Source: Gemmatimonadales bacterium
GTDB taxonomy: Bacteria > Gemmatimonadota > Gemmatimonadetes > Gemmatimonadales > GWC2-71-9
Length of the DNA: 64,000 nucleotides
Direction of reading: 5' to 3'
NCBI GenBank assembly: GCA_965249575.1
Contig: OZ252244.1
Coordinates: forward strand, 2,272,001 to 2,336,000
Position 1 is the first letter of the stretch. Each line of letters starts with the position of its first letter. Under the pieces are notes generated by a model. That model had not been told where the DNA came from. It saw nothing but the letters and a program-made list of their open reading frames with translations, and ran no database searches. Positions 1-7,979 of this stretch are shown here, in pieces. The position numbers and the translations under genes are program-made.

Positions 1-238
1 GGGTCATCCGGCCTGGCCCCGGGGCGTTCCGGTCGGTCGACCTGCTGACGATTGGACGTCCGTAGGTGGCTAGAACCATTCCCGCTGGACCTGCTCCACT
101 CGACATCGCAATCCCATCGCTTGTGATCGTCTCCGGACCACCCAACCCCATGTCAATCAATTCCCGATGGCCGCGCGGCGTCATGGGATCGCGGCCTGCC
201 GGTGGTCATCGCTCTCCGGTGTCTGTCGCAGGCAATGA

Positions 239-1296
239 TCAATACGTAGCCCAATTGTCGATCCAGATCGGAACGCGTCGGAAACCTGTGAGTGCGTTGA
301 GCGCAGCATCTATCGCGCACGTGTCGTAATCGATGTCTTGAATTGTGGACCAATGGTCCCGGCGGGAGGCGCGGGCCCGGGCAGCAACTCGTTCGACCCC
401 GAAATGACCGCGCCGTCGAAGTACGTTCGGCTCGCGTTGAAGTTGATTTTGCCGCCCACCAGGATGATGCCATCCCAGTACACGCGGTTACCCGATGTCG
501 TGAGGTCGCCTGTTACGATTAGCAGGCCGGTTCCAAACACCATGAACCCGGCGCTGTTGATCGTGGCGTCTCCTTGCACCCGCGTAACGGGGTAGCTGAA
601 GTCCCAGAGCATGATTGAATCGTAATCTGGGATGATCCCGTCGCTTATGGCGGCGGCCCAATCAACTGCCGTTTGGGACGCGACGACTGCTGGTGTGTCC
701 TGCTCGTTGACCAGGGGAGCCGAGCCACTCACGGCCTATCCCGAGACATCGGGATTGCCCCCCGTTGGCACCCGAATGGCGGACACCTGGTTACCCGAGC
801 ACGCGTCGTTCCCCCTGAACTCACCGTTGCCACCGCCAATGCGGTTCACCCGATTGATGGCCGCGAAGGACGCAAGGGGGTTGATCGTCGCCGTTTGCCA
901 TTGCGCGAAATGAGCCACGGTTCGACTTGCTCTGGGGTCGGCGCCTTGGGTCGGCTCGATCACGTAGCCGGTGGAGCGGAGAATGTACGTCTGGAGCAGC
1001 GTGGCCGGGCCGGCAGCCTGGACGACGTGGGCGCCGACGTCGGCGTATCCGTTGACCAAATTCACCCGAACGGAATCGCCGTCAGGAGGCTGTGCAGTCG
1101 CGGATCCCATGTAACTCTCGAGGCCGGCGTGTGCGAGGTCGCGGGCCGTCAGGGAGGCGCCGCTGCTGTCGGCCACTCGCCGTTCCGCCTGCACCTGGGT
1201 GAAGGCCGCAACGAGCAGCACACTGAGGAGCGACACGAGAAAGATCGTTAGCGGCAGGGCGTATCCGTCGCGGCCGCGAATGGATGGCGCGGTCAC
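239..1296 (-). pseudogene. PilX-like minor pilin/pilus assembly protein, interrupted by an in-frame TAG (736-738) and a frameshift near 335-345
   Basis: GTG start at 1296 overlaps the pilW stop (GTGA). Prepilin-like N-terminus RDG|YALPLTIFLVSLL lacks Glu5, as PilX does. ORFs 736..1734 and 310..732 share a frame and are separated by one TAG. A shifted frame gives a natural-looking C-terminus DIDYDTCAIDAALNALTGFRRVPIWIDNWATY* ending at 239. Confidence 0.75.
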
Positions 1297-2114
1297 GGCG
1301 TCACTCTGTTCAGGAATGCCACGCGAGTCCGCAGCTCGAACTTCTGTGGTTCGGGTGTGCCCTGTGCCGGCGAGTCGCTCGCCCCCACCAGGATGAGCTC
1401 GAGGCCTCTCGTCATGGTCAATGGGGCCGGCGGTGCGCTCTGGGGTGTCAGGTTCGGGCCGACCAGAAAACGGAATCCCGAAGAGGTATCGAACGGTGCA
1501 ACCAGCTCTTCGTCGACCCCCGCGCCCACCCGCCGCCAGAGCGCCGTCCTCCCCGGCAGATCGACCGAAGGCGCGAACCGGTAGCGGACCTGTTGATAGA
1601 GAAAAAACAGCGTGCCTGACGGAGCCGTCGGGGTCGTCGGGGTCATCTGGATGAGCTTCCCGCCGGGAAGTACCCGAACGCTGTCCGCGGTACACGACGC
1701 CACATCTGCGGATGCCGCGACAGTGGCTGGCCACGCCGTGAAGTACGCGTCATTGGCGGCCCTCCACTGATATCCTTCGGGAACGGCAGACGCATACATC
1801 AGGGAATCCGGCGGCACCAACGCAGCGATTCGCACCGCGCCGCTCACACGGCACATCATACCAAAAGCATACGGAACACGGAGGACGATTTGCTTGTTCG
1901 AAGCGGTCGTGAGTCCGAAGTCGGCTACCATCCGGATCTCCTCGGCCGCGACGTTCATCGCCGCGCGCGACGCCTGCCGGGCGCTCATCATCGTCTCTTG
2001 GCGGCTCACGAAGCGAGACTCGTTGATGAGAACTCTCGTGAGCGCGATGCCCATCAGCCCGAGCACGGTGAGGGCGATGAGAACCTCAGTGAGGGTGAAT
2101 CCGCGGCGATTCAT
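1293..2114 (-). CDS. PilW-like prepilin-type N-terminal cleavage/methylation protein
   Basis: MNRRG|FTLTEVLIAL class III signal; position in a minor pilin cluster. Confidence 0.85.
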   Translation of the reverse strand: MNRRGFTLTEVLIALTVLGLMGIALTRVLINESRFVSRQETMMSARQASRAAMNVAAEEIRMVADFGLTTASNKQIVLRVPYAFGMMCRVSGAVRIAALVPPDSLMYASAVPEGYQWRAANDAYFTAWPATVAASADVASCTADSVRVLPGGKLIQMTPTTPTAPSGTLFFLYQQVRYRFAPSVDLPGRTALWRRVGAGVDEELVAPFDTSSGFRFLVGPNLTPQSAPPAPLTMTRGLELILVGASDSPAQGTPEPQKFELRTRVAFLNRVTP

Positions 2115-2115
2115 C

Positions 2116-2532
2116 TCAGTTCAGCGGTGAAGATGGTAAAGGCCGGTTGCGGTCGATCACCACCGTGTCGGGCGGCGCGACCAGACCGCCCGTGGGGGCG
2201 ATCACCACCGTCACGCGCCTCATGCTCGACGAGAGCGACTGTACCGTGGAGCAGCGAGTGTACACGAGCTGGCCCGTGGTATCTGTGCTGCAGCCGATCG
2301 GCCCGCCCGGCAGCACCTCCGGGAGGCTATCCCATGGCATGCCGCGCACCCATGTCGAGGTGTTCTGCTGTGCCGCGCTTCGGTAAACCCGCGCAATCGA
2401 GTGGCGTGTATGGCGAGCCACCTGAAACATCAGGCCTCCGAGTGCGACGAGCACTACGGCGAAGATCGAGATTGCGACCACGACCTCAATCAGTGTCATA
2501 CCGCTCTCCGGGGGCCGCTGGTCAGGGAACAC
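2116..2532 (-). CDS. PilV-like prepilin-type protein
   Basis: ESG|MTLIEVVVAISIF prepilin motif, 138 aa. Confidence 0.85.
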   Translation of the reverse strand: MFPDQRPPESGMTLIEVVVAISIFAVVLVALGGLMFQVARHTRHSIARVYRSAAQQNTSTWVRGMPWDSLPEVLPGGPIGCSTDTTGQLVYTRCSTVQSLSSSMRRVTVVIAPTGGLVAPPDTVVIDRNRPLPSSPLN

Positions 2533-3031
2533 TGATCACTCGGACCTGTCCGGCCCGCGTGAGCCGAACCTTTCGCCGGTATCCATTGAGGCCCAGCGTG
2601 TAAGTAGTCATTTGCCGCGCGGTTCCGTTGGGAAAAATCTCCGCCGAGGTTGGCGTAACGGTCAACTCATCGATGTTCAGGTCGGTATCAGCCCCCATAA
2701 AACGAGTGCGGAATACGGTCGAGGTCTGGGCATCCCGAATCAGGTACTGTTTGAGCGCCGAGTTCGCGATCACCACTACGGGCTTCCGCTGGCGCACGGC
2801 CAGCATCTGGCTGTACTGCAAGTCGGCGGCTAGGACTGCCGCCGCCGAATTGACCCGGGCGTGCTCTAGCGCGGGGGAGATCCGCTGATAGGCGATCGCG
2901 GAGACGACCCCCACGAGTGCGATCACGACCGCGAGTTCCACGAGCGTGAAGCCGGCGATTTTCGAGCGTCGAGTGCTTGTCACTTGTCCATCCGCCTTCC
3001 CGTGCTGCAAGGCAGGTGCCAATCGCTTCAT
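2522..3031 (-). CDS. FimT/GspH-family pseudopilin (start may be GTG at 2983)
   Basis: IAG|FTLVELAVVIAL; FimT-like LAADLQYSQMLAVRQRKPV and FPNG motifs. Confidence 0.85.
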   Translation of the reverse strand: MKRLAPALQHGKADGQVTSTRRSKIAGFTLVELAVVIALVGVVSAIAYQRISPALEHARVNSAAAVLAADLQYSQMLAVRQRKPVVVIANSALKQYLIRDAQTSTVFRTRFMGADTDLNIDELTVTPTSAEIFPNGTARQMTTYTLGLNGYRRKVRLTRAGQVRVISVP

Positions 3032-3047
3032 AAGCTGTCAGAACTCG

Positions 3048-3074
3048 TCAATCTATTATACTACAATATGTTAT
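3048..3074. promoter_or_regulatory. AT-rich pseudo-palindromic TAA-N4-TT-N7-AA-N4-TTR motif containing a minus-strand TATAAT (3055-3060), upstream of the pilin operon
   Basis: Minus strand reads aTAAcataTTgtagtatAAtagaTTGa; similar copies lie at 33492-33518 and 33575-33601. Confidence 0.5.
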
Positions 3075-3265
3075 GTATCATTTCGCCGCGGCTGTACGGG
3101 CCCGGATAAAGGGAACTGTGGCGGATCGCACACCCTTTTCGCGCCCTGCGGACGGCCCCTTTTGACCTCAGCCGCTCCCCCACAGCAGAGCGCCTTGCGG
3201 GCCCTTTCCCTCCATCAATAATTTGACGTCGTCCCGTCGCCTCATCCGTCCCTCGGGAGCCCGTT

Positions 3266-4258
3266 CTGCCCGATAGCGAATCACGATCCGCCAGAGAGCG
3301 GCTGCTCGAAATCCCGGCTGTTCCATTGGGCCATTACCCCACGCCCCTGCATGGGCTCCCCCGCCTTCGTGCAGCCCTGGGTGGTGGGCCACGAATACTC
3401 GTAAAACGGGATGACACGATTTCCTTCGCGTTCGGCGGCAACAAGGCGCGGAAGATGGAGCTCGTCGGGGCGCAGGCCGTGTCGGAGGGGGCCGATACCC
3501 TGATCACGATCGGGGGCGTCCATTCGAATCACGCCCGCGTCACGGCAGCCACGGCAGTGCGACTGGGGATGAAGTGCTTGCTGGTCATCAACGGTTCCCG
3601 TCCGGAGCATCCTGCCGGGAACGCCTTCTTGCACGAGCTGCTGGGCGCCGATATCGAATACGTCGCGACCCGCGACGAGCGCGTGCCTGCGATGCGGCGT
3701 GCGGCGGAGCGCCTCGTCGCCGAGGGTAAGCGGGCGTTCGAGATCCCGCTGGGGGCGTCGACGCCGATCGGCGCTCTGGCCTACGCTCGTGCCGTCGGCG
3801 AGGTCCTGCTACAGGGTCCCGCGCCAGATGCCATTGTCGTCGCCTCGTCCTCGGGCGGGACCCTCGCGGGGCTCCTCTTGGGCTGCCGGTTGCACGGACT
3901 CCAGACGCGGGTCTTAGGTGTGAGCGCGGATGACCCGGCGACGGTCATCCAGTCCGAGGTGCGCCGCATTTTGGATGGGGTCGGCGGCGTGCTTGGCCCC
4001 GAAGGCGAAGCGGCAGCTCGGGCTTGCCGCGTCGAGGTAAACGATTCGTACGTTGGCGAGGGGTACGGCATCCCCACCGCGGAATCTCGGGAAGCGGTGG
4101 AACTCGCTGCCCGATCAGACGGGCTTTTTCTCGATCCAACGTACACCGCCAAGGCCATGAGTGGCCTCATCGACCACGTTCGCCAAGGGTCGTTCGGCTC
4201 CGACGACACGGTGCTGTTCTGGCACACCGGCGGCCAGGTAGAGTTGGTCACTCGGTGA
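3266..4258 (+). CDS. D-cysteine desulfhydrase/ACC deaminase family PLP enzyme (possible CTG start at 3266; first canonical start TTG 3326)
   Basis: PTPL, KRDD, GGNKARK (PLP lysine), SNHA, SSGGT, LDPTYTAK and HTGG motifs. Confidence 0.9.
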   Translation: MPDSESRSARERLLEIPAVPLGHYPTPLHGLPRLRAALGGGPRILVKRDDTISFAFGGNKARKMELVGAQAVSEGADTLITIGGVHSNHARVTAATAVRLGMKCLLVINGSRPEHPAGNAFLHELLGADIEYVATRDERVPAMRRAAERLVAEGKRAFEIPLGASTPIGALAYARAVGEVLLQGPAPDAIVVASSSGGTLAGLLLGCRLHGLQTRVLGVSADDPATVIQSEVRRILDGVGGVLGPEGEAAARACRVEVNDSYVGEGYGIPTAESREAVELAARSDGLFLDPTYTAKAMSGLIDHVRQGSFGSDDTVLFWHTGGQVELVTR

Positions 4259-4381
4259 GCGTCGGCCAGCGGACGGTCCAGGGTTGCTGCTCAGTCTGCC
4301 TTGAACCGGCCCCCCCACGGGACCGTCGTACACCGGCCGTTCCGCGAGTCGCCCCAGCATAGGGGAATTGGCGCCGGGCGT

Positions 4382-5044
4382 TCATGCTTTTGTCTGAGGT
4401 TTGGGTCGCGCTCGCTTTCGTATGCACCAGGTAGTCATGCATCGCTGGTTCTGGACATTGACGGTCTTGATGGGCTCGAGCAGATCTCCGCCCATTGTTT
4501 CAGTCACAGTTAGCAGCGTCCCCTCGTCGACCAAGAACCGCTCGCTGCCGTCCGGCAACCGGTAACGCATTCCGTGAACGAGTTGAATGCGGTCCTCGAT
4601 ACCGATGCTCGAAGCGAGCCGTGCGAAGAGAATCCCTCCCGGTTTCAGGACCCTCCACAACTCCTCGAGCATGGACCGGAAGTGGCTTTCGTCCAAAGCG
4701 AAATGGAGGAGTGCGTTCGCAATGACGGCGTCGAATTCGCTATCGGTGGCGGAAAGCCGCTCGACGCGCTCGACGAGGAAGTTCTCGGCTGAAAGCTCGG
4801 GGGCCATGCTAACGGCGAGCTCCCGGGCTGCCGCGATCGATGCGGCCGAGTCGTCGACGCCATGGACGTCGCAACCAATTCGAAAAAGGCTGACGAGGTT
4901 TCGCCCATCTCCGCATCCCGCATCCAAGACTCGCATTCCGGTGGTGATCCGGCCCTTGAGTAGCTGGTCGAAGAGGTAGATGTCGACGTCGCCGAGCCAT
5001 GCCCGGAGGTTGACCGGTGATGGCCCGGGTTCAGCGCCGCTCAT
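4382..5044 (-). CDS. Class I SAM-dependent methyltransferase
   Basis: VLDAGCGDGRN motif I, FDAVI, LKPGG. Confidence 0.9.
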   Translation of the reverse strand: MSGAEPGPSPVNLRAWLGDVDIYLFDQLLKGRITTGMRVLDAGCGDGRNLVSLFRIGCDVHGVDDSAASIAAARELAVSMAPELSAENFLVERVERLSATDSEFDAVIANALLHFALDESHFRSMLEELWRVLKPGGILFARLASSIGIEDRIQLVHGMRYRLPDGSERFLVDEGTLLTVTETMGGDLLEPIKTVNVQNQRCMTTWCIRKRARPKPQTKA

Positions 5045-5181
5045 GGCATGCTCGTCGCGATCGTAGACTCACCGCCGGCCGTCGGGGGAGGCGTGTAACT
5101 GGTGCCATTCGATTCTATTCGGTGCGGTAAGTACGGCTGACCTGGGAAACCGGTCGGAGGGCGGGTACCTTCCCTGTCGTC

Positions 5182-6057
5182 ATGTCCGTCTCGAATCCCC
5201 CGCGTCCATCGAGCTTCCTCGAGCGCCTTCGGGGTGACCGGCCACTGATCGCGGTTGAGCTGCGGCCGCCCCCTACGGGCCTCTCGTTTGCTGAGGGGAT
5301 GGACACGTGGATCGACATGTATCACGCGATTCGACGCCTTTTGAGTCGAGATACGGTGTTGTTTCTGACCGACAACGCCGTCGGAGTGTCGGAAGAGGAG
5401 AACCTGCAGCACCTCACGACCAATTTGGCTGGGGACGTGCCTCCCGCGAAAGTGGTGCCTTTCCTGACTTGCAAGCACTCGATCGACTACTGCCTCATGT
5501 ATGCGGCCCGTGCCGCGTCCCACGGGTTTGAGGCTCTGACGGTGTTGGGCGGCGATCGATCGGTGGGGCCTCCGCGGTGCGTGGAATACGCGCACATGCT
5601 CCGGGAAATGATCCGAGATAAGGTCCCCTCACTTGCGCTGGGCGGCTGGGCCAATCCGCATCGCGACGCCGCGCAACAAGTCCGCTTCTTGCTGAACCCA
5701 CGCTACACGGCGGATTTCTTCCTCACCCAGATCGTATCGCATCACTCGATCAAACAAGTCGAGCGATTTCTGGAAGAGGCGCGGCGTCACGAAGTCCCGT
5801 ACCCGGCGGTATTCGGCGTCTTCGTCTACCGAAGCGCGAACCCTAACACGTTGGCGAGCCTTCAGCGATTCTTGCCCGTTCCGGCAGCGGAGATCACCAG
5901 GGAGTTCGGATCCGGCCTGAGCGCCGAAGAGATCTGTGCCCGAACCATCCGCGCGCTCCGGGACGTCGGCGTGGACAAGATCTACGTGAGCAACCTGGGC
6001 TTTCGGGGTGCCGACGATCGGTATCGGCAACTTCTCGAAGTGCTGGACGCGCACTGA
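5182..6057 (+). CDS. Methylenetetrahydrofolate reductase-like (MetF-like) flavoprotein, divergent
   Basis: VELRPP, LTDN, FLTCK, LGGD, WANP and FLTQ follow the MTHFR barrel motif order; adjacent to met genes. Confidence 0.7.
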   Translation: MSVSNPPRPSSFLERLRGDRPLIAVELRPPPTGLSFAEGMDTWIDMYHAIRRLLSRDTVLFLTDNAVGVSEEENLQHLTTNLAGDVPPAKVVPFLTCKHSIDYCLMYAARAASHGFEALTVLGGDRSVGPPRCVEYAHMLREMIRDKVPSLALGGWANPHRDAAQQVRFLLNPRYTADFFLTQIVSHHSIKQVERFLEEARRHEVPYPAVFGVFVYRSANPNTLASLQRFLPVPAAEITREFGSGLSAEEICARTIRALRDVGVDKIYVSNLGFRGADDRYRQLLEVLDAH

Positions 6058-6062
6058 GGTAT

Positions 6063-7919
6063 TTAGCCCCGCGGCTTTCCTGCGGCGGCTACCTCTAGAG
6101 CAACGTCGACCCTCCCGAGTGGTGCGCTCACCTGTGCACCCTGGACGTTTTCCCGAACCGCGCCCAGCATTTCCTGCGCGATCCTCACGCCTTCGGCCAG
6201 CGCCGCATCACCGCCGCGCTCCTGAGCCGAACGCATCCGGCCAATCACGGAATCGGGAACGTGTACGCCGGGGACTTCGTTTGCCAAGAACTCCGCGTTG
6301 CGCAGGGAGATGAGCGGCCAGATACCGGCGACAATCGGTAACCGGTACTCCTCCACTCGTCGGAGAAAGTGCTCGAGGCGGCCTGGGTCGAACACGGGCT
6401 GGGTGACGGCGAACTCGGCCCCGGCTTCGACCTTCCACGCGAGCCTTCTGAGTTCACGATCGATATCGATGGCCGCCGGATTCACCGCGACGCCGATGAC
6501 GAACTTCGTCGGCTGGCCGATGGAGTTCCCGCCTGGATCCAGGCCGAGGTTCAAGCGGTGCACGAGGTTCGTAAGACCGATCGAATCGATGTCGAACACC
6601 GCCGTGGAGTCGGGATACGGTCCCGTCGCTGGGGGGTCACCGGTGATGATGAGGATATTCCTGAGACCGGCGGCCGCGGCACCGAGGAGATCACTGGTCA
6701 TTCCGACCATGTTCCGGTCTCGGCACGTGTAGTGGACGATGGTCTCGATCCCGACCTCATGTTCCACGATGATTGCGGAGGGGATGACGCCCATCTGGGC
6801 GTGCGCACGCTGGCCGTCGAGAATGCTCACCGCGTGGATTCCGCCGGTCTCGAGTGCTCGGCTGTGCTCGATGAGAGTGCGGGGATCGCAGCCCTTGGGT
6901 GGCACGAGCTCGACGCTCACGGCGAAGTCACCGCTCCCAATTCTCCGCCCCCAGGCAGATCGGTCACTGAGCGGCGCTGGGTCGATTCCCGGGGGCGGTG
7001 GTGACGTGAGAGCGGACGCCGAAGCCCCGCTCACTCGTTGTGGCTTGATGGGAGCCACCAGCTCGCGAATTGCCTTGATGTGGTCGGGCGTCGTTCCACA
7101 GCATCCGCCCACGAAGCGCGCTCCCGCGGCGACCAGGCGCTGTGCGTACGTGGCCATGTATTCGGGACCCGAGAGATAGATCTTCCGGTCGCCCACAGCC
7201 CGCGGTAGGCCCGCGTTGGGTTGGGCAGCGAGTGGGCAGTCCGTGACAGCTGCCATCCGTTCGATGCCCTCGAGGATGCCTGCCGGTCCCACCGAACAAT
7301 TGAGGCCCACGGCGTCGGCACCCCAGTCCGTGAGCCGGCGGGCCACCGCCTCCACGTCCGTCCCGTACGCCGTATGGCCGTCATCCCCGATCGTCATCTG
7401 CGCGATGACTGCCAAGTCGCCCAGCGCGCGAACGGCGTTGAGGGCTTCATGGATCTCGTCGAGGTCGCTGAACGTCTCGAGAACGAACCCGTCGACACCC
7501 CCCGCCAAGAGCCCCTCGGCCTGCCGCTCAAAGAAAGACTTGGCTTCGTCTCGACTCGTGGGCCCATAGGGCTCGATCCTGATTCCCAGCGGCCCGATGG
7601 CTCCAACAACGGCCACTCGCGCACCGGCCGCTTGCCTCGCGATTTCCGCCGCACGCCGATTGATCTCTCCCGTCCGCTCGACGAGTCCGTAGCCACCCAG
7701 CTTCACCGGGTTGGCGCCGAACGTGTTCGTTTCGATGATCTCGGCGCCAGCCCGAACGTACTCCTCGTGAATGTCCTGAATCAGCCGCGGCTGCTTCAGG
7801 TTGAGCTCGTCGTAGCAGACGTTTACGAACACTCCCCGGTTGTAGAGCATGGTGCCCATCGCGCCGTCGAGGACGTGTACGTGCTCATCCTGCAGGAGTG
7901 TCCGCAGGGCGTTGCTCAC
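6063..7919 (-). CDS. yitJ: Bifunctional homocysteine S-methyltransferase/5,10-methylene-THF reductase (YitJ-like)
   Basis: N-terminal DGAMGT, GLNCS and GGCCGT; C-terminal VELVPP, HYTCRDRN, TGD and TQP. Confidence 0.92.
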   Translation of the reverse strand: MSNALRTLLQDEHVHVLDGAMGTMLYNRGVFVNVCYDELNLKQPRLIQDIHEEYVRAGAEIIETNTFGANPVKLGGYGLVERTGEINRRAAEIARQAAGARVAVVGAIGPLGIRIEPYGPTSRDEAKSFFERQAEGLLAGGVDGFVLETFSDLDEIHEALNAVRALGDLAVIAQMTIGDDGHTAYGTDVEAVARRLTDWGADAVGLNCSVGPAGILEGIERMAAVTDCPLAAQPNAGLPRAVGDRKIYLSGPEYMATYAQRLVAAGARFVGGCCGTTPDHIKAIRELVAPIKPQRVSGASASALTSPPPPGIDPAPLSDRSAWGRRIGSGDFAVSVELVPPKGCDPRTLIEHSRALETGGIHAVSILDGQRAHAQMGVIPSAIIVEHEVGIETIVHYTCRDRNMVGMTSDLLGAAAAGLRNILIITGDPPATGPYPDSTAVFDIDSIGLTNLVHRLNLGLDPGGNSIGQPTKFVIGVAVNPAAIDIDRELRRLAWKVEAGAEFAVTQPVFDPGRLEHFLRRVEEYRLPIVAGIWPLISLRNAEFLANEVPGVHVPDSVIGRMRSAQERGGDAALAEGVRIAQEMLGAVRENVQGAQVSAPLGRVDVALEVAAAGKPRG

Positions 7920-7979
7920 GGAGTTGCCCCCAGCCGGAGGGTTGGCCCGCGTCCGGCGAGACAGTCACTCCGGTGTCGA

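Noticed and set aside
1..238. Short ORFs 66..329 and 153..473
   Set aside because: No motifs, and they overlap the pilX 3' end; the region looks intergenic.
736..738. Genome-wide TAG recoding
   Set aside because: Many conserved genes (metH, aroB, glcF, ygfZ, the sigma factor) end at TAG at their expected C-termini.
1628..1645. GTCGGGGTC tandem repeat
   Set aside because: Encodes the PTTPT linker in pilW; only two copies.
3054..3081. Possible dif site (TTATGTATCAT resembles the XerD arm)
   Set aside because: The XerC arm does not match; better explained by the dyad motif and promoter.
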